NCBI RefSeq assembly: GCF_006345805.1
Contig: NC_043002.1
Location: forward strand, 82,088,001 to 82,152,000
Length of the DNA: 64,000 bases
Direction of reading: 5' to 3'
From: Octopus sinensis
Lineage: Eukaryota
Part shown: positions 1 to 9,535 of the stretch, in pieces
Layout of the letters: every line of letters begins with the position of its first letter
Numbering within the stretch: the stretch's first letter is position 1
Program-made: the position numbers and the translations under genes
Notes under the pieces: generated by a model
What the model was told of the DNA's origin: nothing
Database searches by the model: none
Seen by the model: only the letters and a program-made list of their open reading frames with translations

Positions 1-177
1 AGCGAGTAGAGCTGTATAACTATTATGTTTTTTTTTTAATTTACCCCTTTCCACCTTTTTCTTTTGTTAACTCTGCATGTTAAACAATCATGATAGTGTT
101 TTATTTATTTTCTTGTATTTCGATAGTTATTTAATTATCTACCCATTTCCTACTCTACCCCCACTTTCTCAGTTAAG

Positions 178-527
178 TTCCTTGTCTTGTAAGTTGCTTG
201 GTACCTTCACTAGTGCCAGTAACATGTAAAAAGAAAACGTACCCAGTACACTAGTCTGTAAGGTGGCTGGTATTAAGAAAGGTTGACTTTGCCTTTCATC
301 CTTTCGGGGTCGATAAATTAAGTACCAGTTATGCACTGGGGTCGATATAATCGACTTAACCCGTTTGTCTGTCCTTGTTTGTCCCTTCTGTGTCTAGCCC
401 CTTGTGGGTAGTAAAGAAATAGGTATTAAGAAAGGGCACCCATGCAAAAGCAGACACACTGGAGCTTAGTGCAGTGTTTCTGCTTGCCAACTCCTGTCAA
501 ACTATCCAACCCATGCCAGCATGGAAA
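178..527 (+). mobile_element. Family E retroposon 3' fragment (RTE-like tail), interrupted by a SINE-A insertion
   Basis: Matches the in-window E copies at 6529-6783 and 56390-56627 (gtgg.tgg..ttaggaagggca..ca and ccaacccatgccagcatggaaa). Confidence 0.75.
283..421 (+). mobile_element. 5'-truncated SINE-A with 14-bp target-site duplication
   Basis: Core ttgactttgcctttcatcctttcggggtcgataaattaagtaccagt shared with many SINE-A copies. ggtattaagaaagg occurs at 269-282 and 422-435. Confidence 0.85.
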
Positions 528-540
528 CCATCATCGTTAT

Positions 541-770
541 CATCATCGTCATTTAACATCCATTTTCCATGCTGGCATGGGTTGGCCAGGTTGACTGAAA
601 ACTGGTAAGCTGGGGGCCTGCACCAGGTTTCAGTCTGATTTAGCATGATTTCTACAGCTGGATGCCCTTCGTAATAATGCCAACCACTCTGAGAGTCTAG
701 TGGATGCTTTTTATGTGCTACCTGTATCGGTGCCAATTACGAAACACCGGCATCAGCCATGGCTATGATC
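541..770 (-). mobile_element. Family E retroposon 3' fragment
   Basis: Reverse complement of the E tail (tttaacatccattttccatgctggcatgggttgg...gatgcccttc); similar to 17508-17712. Confidence 0.8.
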
Positions 771-1043
771 TCACTTGGGGTGTTAAATGAAGGTGGTGAT
801 AATGATGATGACGATGATGATTTGCATGACACATGTCCACCTTTTTTTTTTTTTGGCATGAAACATTGGCCCTCTCTAGAATGTTGCTACAAAATTGAAA
901 AAAATCACCTCTGCTAACATCTAGCAATCACATTGTTCCTTTTTTTCCTTGTACACACTTAACATTTAAAAACAAACGGATGGCATCATTATTTGAACAA
1001 CAAAAAGTGAAAGATAAATATATTTAACTTTCTTCCTTCCTCT

Positions 1044-1046
<3 letters not shown>

Positions 1047-1082
<36 letters not shown>
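1047..1082. repeat. (CT)n microsatellite
   Basis: Direct reading. Confidence 0.95.
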
Positions 1083-1085
<3 letters not shown>

Positions 1086-1665
1086 TCTCTCTCTGTTCTC
1101 AAAAAACTAATTACCATCTTACCTCAGGTCAGTAATTCAATGACTTAAAGTCATTATATTTATCTCCTTTTTATTTAATATTTTTATTTAAAAAAAGAAA
1201 CTTTTTTGTTGTTTTTCTTCTTCTTGCCATTGTCTTTCTTCCTCTTCTTTGTTCTTTGCTAAGGTGAAGTTTAAGGTGAGAGAAAGAGAATTTCACTGGC
1301 ATTCCACTGCACCTGTCCACATCCTTCAAATTCAGGTGTCTATGGAAATTGTTCTAGCACTCATTGTTAAATCACCTCCAAGCCACTTACCTCACCACCG
1401 CCACCAATATTGGACTATTTAGTTTTTTTTTAGACATTTAGATGATAAGAATGGCTGAGAGGTTCTTTTTTTTCTTCTTGTTTTACCCCCCCCCCTTTTT
1501 TTAGTAGGGGTCGGGCTAAACCTTTTAGTAATTTTTTTTTTAACCAATTATTTTAACCTTATTGTTCTTAATGCTACTTTAAGAGTTCTAATTACTGTCA
1601 GTCAAGATAGTCTTAAGCTACTTACTCTGACGAGGTGTCTTATTTATCTGTTGATATGCTCAGCA

Positions 1666-1702
<37 letters not shown>
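1666..1702. repeat. (CA)n microsatellite
   Basis: Direct reading. Confidence 0.95.
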
Positions 1703-1704
<2 letters not shown>

Positions 1705-2067
1705 CATGCATGTGTGTGTTTGTACATAGTTTGATGTGTATTTTGCATCTTATAGCAGTTCACTGACTATAGGCTCCATCCTCTCATTAGCATAATGGCC
1801 TGGTCAGAATTAGTCTAATTTGGTGAAATTACTGCTCCTTATGTTGGTGGTCCCTCCTGCTTACTGACCTGTTAACTTTTCTTTTAGTTAATAATTACTA
1901 GGATAATATGCTGGGTTGGGGTTTGTGAATCAATTTGTCTCTCTTGTTTTCTCTTTCTTTCTCTAGCTCTCCTACTACCCTCTCTCTTTCTTCCCTTCTC
2001 TGTTAATGCATACAATTGACCCCGTTTAATACCCCCCACCCCCGTGAAGGTAATATTAATAATAATA

Positions 2068-2282
2068 ATCCTTTCTACTAAAGGCACAAGGCTTGAAATT
2101 TGAGGGAAGGGGACTAGTTGATTATATCAACACCAGTGTTTCCACTGGTACTTAATTTATTGACCCCGAAAGGATGAAAGGCGAAGTCAACCTTGGCAGA
2201 ATTTGAACTCAGAATGTAAAGATTGGTGAAATGCCACTAAGCATTTTACCCAGCATGCTAACAATTCTGCCAGCTCACCACC

Positions 2283-2284
<2 letters not shown>
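2068..2284 (-). mobile_element. SINE-A, near full length
   Basis: Reverse strand gives head gagctggcagaattgttagc, B-box-like gagttcaaattc, the conserved core and a tail ending agtagaaaggattatt. Confidence 0.85.

Positions 2285-2332
<48 letters not shown>
2284..2332. repeat. (AAT)n microsatellite between two SINE-A copies
   Basis: Direct reading. Confidence 0.95.
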
Positions 2333-2337
<5 letters not shown>

Positions 2338-2338
<1 letters not shown>

Positions 2339-2551
2339 CCTTTCTATTAAAGGTACAAGGCCTGAAATTTTGGGAGAGGGAACTAGTTGATTACATTGAC
2401 CCCAGTGTTTCACTGGTATTTAATTTATTGATCCTGAAAAGTTTGAAAAGCAAAGTCAACCTTGGTGGAATTTGAACTCAAAATGTTAGGAGGGATGAAA
2501 TGTTGCTAAGCATTTTGCCCGGCATGATAATGATTCTACCAGCTCACTGCT
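2338..2551 (-). mobile_element. SINE-A, near full length (tandem with the previous copy)
   Basis: Colinear similarity to 2068-2284. Confidence 0.85.
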
Positions 2552-2562
2552 TTTGATCTTAA

Positions 2563-2880
2563 CTGACTGGAAGTGTTATCTTGGTATATAAAAGATGGAC
2601 TACAGTAAATATTCTGCTCAATACCATAGATTTGCTTGTCAGTTGTTTGACCGTAACCAGTTGACCATGTCCCTTAGTGGCTGACAATTTGTGCTTCTCT
2701 AACCATGAAGTATTGGGGGAACATCATAGCCATGTGTTGAGAGGGATTCTTTGGGGTTTGGATAATTCATCTCTGGAAACATGGGTGTTTCATTCAACAT
2801 CCTTAAATAACTCTTATTCTTGACCTTTTGAGCAGGATGGGCTATTTGACCTGAAGAAAATTCTAACTGGGCCCCACCTG
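2563..2880. repeat. Probable interspersed repeat fragment (Octopus family, unclassified)
   Basis: Only one copy in the window. Recognised from memory of Octopus genomic repeats, not verified. Confidence 0.35.
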
Positions 2881-3047
2881 CATTTTAACATGCATAAGGA
2901 CCTTCCCTCCTAATTTGAGGGGTGGGCTTAAAATTTGGAAAAAAGGTTTTGCAAGGGGTTATAATACTATCCATGTATAAGAAACTCCCATATTCTTTTA
3001 ACCTAATTTTGACAAAAAAGGGTTCCTTATACATGTTAAAAAATGGC
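2879..3047. mobile_element. Tc2/pogo-like MITE remnant
   Basis: Imperfect TIRs: cattttaacatgcataagga (2881-2900) versus tccttatacatgttaaaaaatg (3024-3045). Confidence 0.6.
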
Positions 3048-3054
3048 AATTTAA

Positions 3055-3112
3055 AACGATGTGAATGAATAAGCTTTACATATGAGAGAGTAATCTGAAT
3101 ATGAAAGGGTTA
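3055..3112. mobile_element. MITE D2 terminal fragment
   Basis: gtaatctgaatatgaaagggttaa matches the D2 end at 11647-11670. Confidence 0.55.
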
Positions 3113-3564
3113 AATTTCTGATTTCTCTACATACTTGGATTAACTGTCTTCAATACAGCATCTTTCTACACATCTTATTTGATATATTGCTGTCTCATCA
3201 GTCATGTCTGTCTGTCTGTCGGTCTAGCCATCTAAAAACTTATTGTTTTCATCCAGTGTCATCCTTTTTACAAGGATTTTTTGGTTTTTATTTTTGATTG
3301 GTGGGGGAGGAGATATTCTATTTTTTATTAAATTCTCCCAGTTTATATTAAAGGGTTAGATTCTGGAGCAAGGTTTGGTAAATGACATTCTTGCTTTTTT
3401 AGTATAGGGGGGAAAAAGTCACAAAACTTGACCTTAAATTTTTTTTTGTTTGTCTCCTGCTGATCAATGAGATTTAAATTAATCTGACTCATTTACTCTT
3501 AATTCATTATCTTATACCCCCTACATACACGTGTGTGTATGTGTTTGTATATGCATGTATGTAT

Positions 3565-3628
3565 ATGGTGGCCCAAAAAGTCACACTACCATTTAGTGTG
3601 TATATGTAAATGGTAGCGTGACTTTTGG
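3565..3628. mobile_element. Mini Tc1/mariner-like TIR pair forming a hairpin
   Basis: 20-bp arms 3576-3595 and 3607-3626 with 1 mismatch and an 11-nt loop. The left end ggtggcccaaaaagt resembles Tc1-type TIR starts. Confidence 0.55.
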
Positions 3629-3899
3629 AATTCTACTCCCATGTGTGCATGTGTAAGCAGATAACAAACATTTATCATAATGATTTCCCTCCAAAAAAAG
3701 AAATAACATGAGGGTAATTTGTGAAATGAGAAACAGAAGCAATGATATTTATGCTTGTCTCACAAGTGTTAATGGAATAACAGAATAAATGAAACAGGGA
3801 ATCAGAACTGGGTTCACAAACTCTCTTTACTTATAGTGTGGTTTACACTCCTTTAAGAATTTCTTAATTATATGTTGTTTATCTTTTGGCACAAAACCT

Positions 3900-4102
3900 T
3901 AGTGGCTGAAAGTTGTGGATTCAATTCCTACACTGATTAGCACACCGTGTCCTTGAGCAAGGCACTTCATTTAACAGTCTTCTCAGCTGAGGTACTGGTG
4001 TAATCCTCTCTCTCCTTCCAGATGTTACATCCTTATTGTTCCATTGGGTCAAGGTGTAAGAGGACCAAGAGGGTGTCTACATCTGCTCATGACTACTTTG
4101 GC
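3900..4102 (+). mobile_element. SINE-F degenerate copy
   Basis: B-box-like ggattcaattcc and gtgtccttgagcaaggcactt, shared with 55523-55855. Confidence 0.5.
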
Positions 4103-4104
4103 AC

Positions 4105-4290
4105 TTAACCCTTTTATTACCATTTTTCTGTTGACATATACTGCTTTTTGTTGCAATTAATTTTTAAAATAATGAATTTAGTGAAATAATTTCTGTCATT
4201 ATTAAGCTAGTGTTTGGAACATGACTTAGCAAAATTTTCATGGACGATTATGATTTAGGTCACTTTAAAACAATGAGTTTGTGTTATAAA
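4105..4290 (+). mobile_element. MITE D1-related partial copy
   Basis: Starts TTAA-CCCTTTT; the internal sequence is similar to 37982-38197. Confidence 0.55.
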
Positions 4291-4314
4291 GCAGGGTCTG
4301 TACAGATGATTCAG

Positions 4315-4605
4315 CTGCTAGAAATAGTAGCCAAAATCTCTTTCAAATCACACTCTTCAGTCCGAGATTCACTATGTTGGTGGGAGTGGGTTAAGATGAG
4401 ATAGTCATTTCTGGAACATCTTTGATCATAAATGTGCCATATCAGGGTTGAAATACCTGCTAAATCTCCCTCAAAACACCTTCCTACAGTGTTTAAGAAT
4501 ATTCATTTTGAATTAATGTAATCTTAGATACCCTTTGTCTTGAGAGAAAAGCAGCAGAACGGTGGTCATCATATAAGCGCCTAAGATCATAGGTCTGCCC
4601 TATCA
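4315..4605 (+). mobile_element. Family C repeat, two degenerate partial copies
   Basis: gctagaaatagtagccaaaatctc..caaatcacac and gatcataggtctg motifs, shared with 5616-5960, 20261-20468 and 31608-31790. Confidence 0.6.
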
Positions 4606-5615
4606 GTTCCTAACATTTGACTGAGCAGCACCAATATTACATAACTGTTCACTAAAGACAGATAACTGTTATCACATTTAAATGGTTTCCTGTATACAAA
4701 GTGAATAGCAAAACAGAAATAGACTTTATTTTAATGTTGTAGTTATTTCACAGTTTGCTGTTAAAATATAATCAGTTTGCAAACTAATGCTACTAACTAC
4801 AAGGCTGAGCTATTAAAACGCTTTAATTTGTTTTTTTTTATTGGGGGGGGGGGATTTTATTTATTTTACTGCAGTTCAAGTAAATATGTTTGGTGTTGAA
4901 AATTGAAATAGTTTGCTTTTATTTATTTTATTTATTTTCAAATTATAGTTATGGTACGCTCCGATTAAATACGAAAAAAATTAATAGTAATAATATCGTT
5001 CTTTTTTTATTATGTTGTTTTCCTTGTCTGTGTTTTCCTCTGTATCACCCACTCACTCTCTCCCCCCTCTCTCTCCCTCTCAGTTTAACAGTCGGTCATC
5101 ATTACTAAAAACATTTTTTTGTTTTGGTCAAGAAATAAACCTCTATGCTCTGCGACTTCATCCAGGTAAATAGCACCCACCTTTGAAAGTGTTTGAGCTT
5201 GCAGGAGGCCTGCAGGTGTTGAAGAAGCACTAGAGAGGTGCTGACTCTTTAGATTGGCAGGAGGGTCATGATTTTCTTCAGAAATAGAATATTTAAATTA
5301 TATACAATAGCGATTTCTTAAACACATTTTCAAATTGTAATGTAAGAAAAATGACTAATGATACAGCTAGGCCCAATGTTATTTCATTATATAAGTCCTT
5401 GCCTTCGTAAGTAATCTTCTATAAAAATTCAACATAAAGTGAACTAGTTCTCACAAATATCTAAAAAGAGGTGCATCTAAAAAGATGGGATAGTGTATGA
5501 AAAGGTGAATTATTTTCTCCCCTCCCTTCCTGCAAAATATGCAGAAAAGCATTTGTAAAAGCTATTCAATGAAAGGGGTCACCAGGCTACAAAAGGTCTA
5601 GAGCACTACTCTGTG

Positions 5616-5960
5616 CATTTGATCACTTGACTTTCTAGAAATCATAGCCAAATTTTCCTTCAAATCACACATTGCTATCTTAAAAATAAAAATGAAAGTG
5701 CTTGTTGAATAAAGTATCTTATATATGATAGCTGATAAAAATGGGTTGGTTGTGGCTGGAATAACATTTGATCACATGACTTTCTAGAAATCATAGCCAA
5801 ATCTACCTTGAATCATGTGTTGCTTTCTTGAAAATAAAAATGAAAGTGTTCACTGGATAAAGTATCTTATATTTGATGACTGATAAAAATGGGTTGGTTG
5901 TGACTGGAATGCCTTTGATCATAGCTCTGCTCCAAAAAAGGCTGACCTGGGGCTGAACAA
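5616..5960 (+). mobile_element. Family C repeat with internal ~148-bp tandem duplication
   Basis: The unit catttgatcac..gactttctagaaatcatagccaaat starts at 5616 and 5765. The element ends ggctgacctggggctgaacaa. Confidence 0.75.
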
Positions 5961-6348
5961 TATCAGTGGTTAGGGTCAGATAAGAATATTTTTTTTCTAT
6001 TCATTTTGGAAGAAAAGCCACTCTTGATCATAAAGTAATTAGTCTGGTGGAATGAGGCTATTTTCTTGAGCCAGTGAAATAAATACCAGTAATACTATTG
6101 TGATGAAATCAAACTTACCCCCACCCACTGAACCACCTTTGTATTAAAAACAAAATAAAACAGATAAAAACAGATTTTATTCCTGAATGTTTTACTTGCA
6201 CCTTAAGGACATTTCTGTATCCCATTCACAAGCTCAAAGAAGTCAGTTCCTTGGATCCCACAAACCTTCATTGAGAGAGATCAGGCTTAATAATGTATAG
6301 AAAAACGTAGTTATGTGGTAGTAGAAGGGCTTTAAAAGTTGTGACATA

Positions 6349-6789
6349 CTCTCTTTTTTCTTTTTTACTTGTTTCAGTCATTTGATTGGAGCACCGCCTT
6401 TGGTCGAGCAAATCGACCTCAGGACTTATTCTATTGGACTCTTTTGCCGAACCGCTAAGTTACGGGGACGTAAACACACCAGCATCGGTTGTCAAGCAAT
6501 GTTGGGGGGGACAAACAGATACACACACGGCCCCCGTGCCGGTGGCACGTAAAAAGCACCATCCGATCATGGCCGTTTGCCAGCCTTGTCTGGCACCTGT
6601 GCAGGTGGCACATAAAAAGCACCCACTACACTCATGGAATGGTTGGCGTTAGGAAGGGCATCCAGCTGTAGAAACACTGCCAGATCAGACTGGGCCTGGT
6701 GCAGCCTTCTGGCTTCCCAGACCCCAGTTGAACCGTCCAACCCATGCAAGCATGGAAAACGGACGTTAAACAATGATGATGATATATAT

Positions 6790-6830
<41 letters not shown>

Positions 6831-6950
6831 TGCTTTGGTCAGCTTGAGGCTATAGTAAAAGATACTTGCCCAAGGTGCCACACAGTGGGAGTGAACCTGG
6901 AACCATGTGGTTGGTAAACAAGCTACTTACCACACAGCCACTCTTGCGCT
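6349..6950 (-). mobile_element. SINE-B split by a family E insertion in its central microsatellite
   Basis: The 3' half (6349-6528) and the tRNA-like head (about 6830-6950) match 11692-12110. Confidence 0.85.
6529..6783 (+). mobile_element. Family E retroposon 3' fragment, nested in SINE-B
   Basis: Contains gtgccggtggcacgtaaaaagcacc and ends ggacgttaaacaatgatgatgat. Confidence 0.85.
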
Positions 6951-8485
6951 TATACATGCCTTTCTAAAAAGTATTTAGCAGCAAAAAGCAAAGCAGAATA
7001 ATTACAACTGGGAATTGAAACCCTGTCGTAATACTTACATTTGTCAGCAGTTTACCTCCTCTTCCTCCTCCATTATGTTTGCAGTGTCACCATACCTGTA
7101 CTAAATGCAGTTTTGTGATTGCTATCAATGAATTTCTTCCCCCTCTACTAATTATGCATTGCTCTAGCTCCTTTTTTTTAAAGTACACAAAGCGAGTTGA
7201 AAAATGGTTTTATTTATTTATTTATTTTTTTTAATATTTGTTTTTTAATTCTTAGTTTTATTTATTTATTTTACTTTACAAACCATATCAGACCTTATTC
7301 ACTTGCAGGGCTAGCTAGAATTGTCGTCTTTCTTGTCAATAATGAACAATTATTTTAGATATTGCTAATTATTTGTTAGTTAAAAACTTGCCTAAGGCAA
7401 AAATTTGAGTTGTATAACTTCCTCTCTCTCTCTCATGCAGGAGAAAGAGAGAGAGAGAGAGAGAGAGAGCTAGCAGGAGGTGAAAGCAGTAATATGTCTT
7501 CACATAGCTGTCATGGTAATTCAAGCTAAAATCACTTCAAAAGCCTAGTTTCTGAAACACAACTGTGCTGTAATATGGCTTTCAGCAGCTGACATCACAT
7601 AAAATTTAATCTGCTCTAACTTAACATGTCAGTTTTCATAATTTTTACCAGCACTCTTTCAGAAGTACTAATGCCTCACATTTCCACCCCGCTACTCATC
7701 ATACCTCCCACCACATTTCTTTCAATATATCCACAATTAGCTCTTTGTTCTTCAACAAAACAAGAGTAAATTTCAAAAATTGTTTTATTTTACATGCCCC
7801 CTCCCCCCGTATATATATATATATATATATATAAATTTTCCTGTAATAGAATATTTTCCAGTCCTGCATTTTTTTCTCCACTTTTCGTCTTGGAATAACA
7901 CCCACTCGTCTCATGGTGTATTTAAAGAAATCAATGCTACGATTAGCATATTGAGGGTACCACTAATTTTATTTTTTTGTCTACAAATGATCCCTCATCA
8001 TATCTATGAATTGGCTACAAGCATTTGTCCCTCTATAGCTTTAGATTGACAAGCCATTTGAATGAGTTTGTGTAAGAATGCCCCTGTTTGTGAGTATTTC
8101 AAATGTACCCTTTTTAATCTTTTTTTAAAATTTCTTTTTATACCAAACCACATGAAAATGCCTCTGGTTCTAATAAAGAACCTCTAAATTTGAAGTGTTC
8201 ATGTTCTCATTGAAGCCTTTGATCTGTAGTTCTATGTAAGAAAGAACCTTTTAAAGTCATGCTAAAAACATGAACTTAATAATGTCAAGTTAATGGCTAA
8301 GAATTTAATATGAAAAATGATATGAGATATTGAAAAACACTAATTTAAGGCAGAAAATAGCAAAAGACCCACCAATAGGATTCAATCACATATTTGCATT
8401 CCAAAATCCCTGCAAATTTTTTAATATTTTCAAAATCAGTTGAAACACATAAGCATTATATTTCTCCTACTTAGATATAAATAAT

Positions 8486-8870
8486 GGTGCAAGCATGGCT
8501 GTATGGTAAGAAGTTCACTTCCTCACCAGAACCATCTGGTGGTGGGAGTGGGGGTGGGTCAGTCCCACTGTTTGGCATCTTGAACAAGTATCCTTTTCTC
8601 TAGCCCCAGGTCAACTTGTGAGTGGATTTGGTAGATGGAAACTGAAAGAAGCCTGTTATGTGTGTGTGTGTGTGTGCATGCATTACATATCATGTGATGT
8701 CCTTTATTCATCTTCTGTGAGAACATCTGGTCATGGGGAATTATTACCTTACTTGGAAACAGGTGGAGGTTAGCTACAGGAAGAGCATACAGCTGTAGAA
8801 AATATACTTCAACAAAATTCAGTCTGACCCATGCAAGCATGTAAAAGTGGATGTTAAAGTAATGATGGTG
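8486..8870 (+). mobile_element. Chimeric SINE: SINE-B head with an E-type (RTE-like) 3' module
   Basis: B head runs to gaaactgaaagaagcc, then (TG)n, then a module ending cccatgcaagcatgtaaaagtggatgttaaa. The same architecture is at 57912-58295. Confidence 0.65.
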
Positions 8871-8881
8871 TGGTATGTATG

Positions 8882-9263
8882 GGTGGAGGCATGACTGTGT
8901 GGTAAGAGCCTGGCTTCCTAACCACATGGTTCTGGGTTCAGTCCTACTGCATAGCACCTTGGGTAGCCTCAGGCCAACCAAAGCCTTGTGAGTGGATTTG
9001 GTAGATGGAAACTGAAAGAAGCCCATTGTGTGTGTGTAAATAAGAGTAATCTACACAGTGTGTGTATATGTCTTTGTCCCCTCATTACCACTTCACAACC
9101 AGTGTTGGTGTGTTTACGTCCCCTGTAACTTAGCAGTATGGCAAAATAGACTGAAAGAATAAGTGCTAGGCTCAAGAAATAAGTCCTGGAGACAATTTGT
9201 CCAACTAAAACCTTTCAAAGTGGTGCTCCAGCATGGGCCACAGTCAAATGACTGGAACAAAAA
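8882..9263 (+). mobile_element. SINE-B full length
   Basis: A-box-like tgactgtgtgg, B-box-like ggttcagtcc, central (TG)n, and 3' end gctccagcatgggccacagtcaaatgactgga. Confidence 0.85.
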
Positions 9264-9304
9264 TATGTATGTATGTATGTAATATGTATGGCTATTAAAA
9301 TTCA

Positions 9305-9535
9305 CAACAGAACATGTGGAAAGGTGTGCCTCTCAGTTGGCGGTCTAAAAAGACATGTTAAGGGAGTGCATATGGTGGCACTTGTTTCTCCTGCCTGCCA
9401 GCACAGTTGTCTAGTATGTAATAAAATGTGTAAAAGCTTGGCTGGGCTTAAAAGTCATATAAGGGCATCACATGGCAACAATCATGAATCATTTCAGCAA
9501 TGGCTTTTCTTGTGTAACGAGGATGCAGCTGCGAT
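9305..9535 (+). pseudogene. Tandem C2H2 zinc-finger fragment, probably the 3' end of an RTE-clade LINE ORF2
   Basis: TCGKVCLSVGGLKRHVKGVH (first Cys lost) and CLVCNKMCKSLAGLKSHIRASH (C-x2-C-x12-H-x4-H, 9408-9473), followed within about 60 nt by a (TA)n tail. Confidence 0.7.

Noticed and set aside
1694-1719. 26-bp perfect palindrome acacacacatgcatgcatgtgtgtgt, with similar ones near 32146 and 40014
   Set aside because: It arises trivially from adjacent (CA)n/(TG)n microsatellites, which are ubiquitous in this genome.
8559-9026. 155-aa minus ORF and similar recurring peptides (e.g. RASFSFRLPNPLTRLW)
   Set aside because: These are antisense or sense translations of SINE-B; the same peptides recur at each copy.
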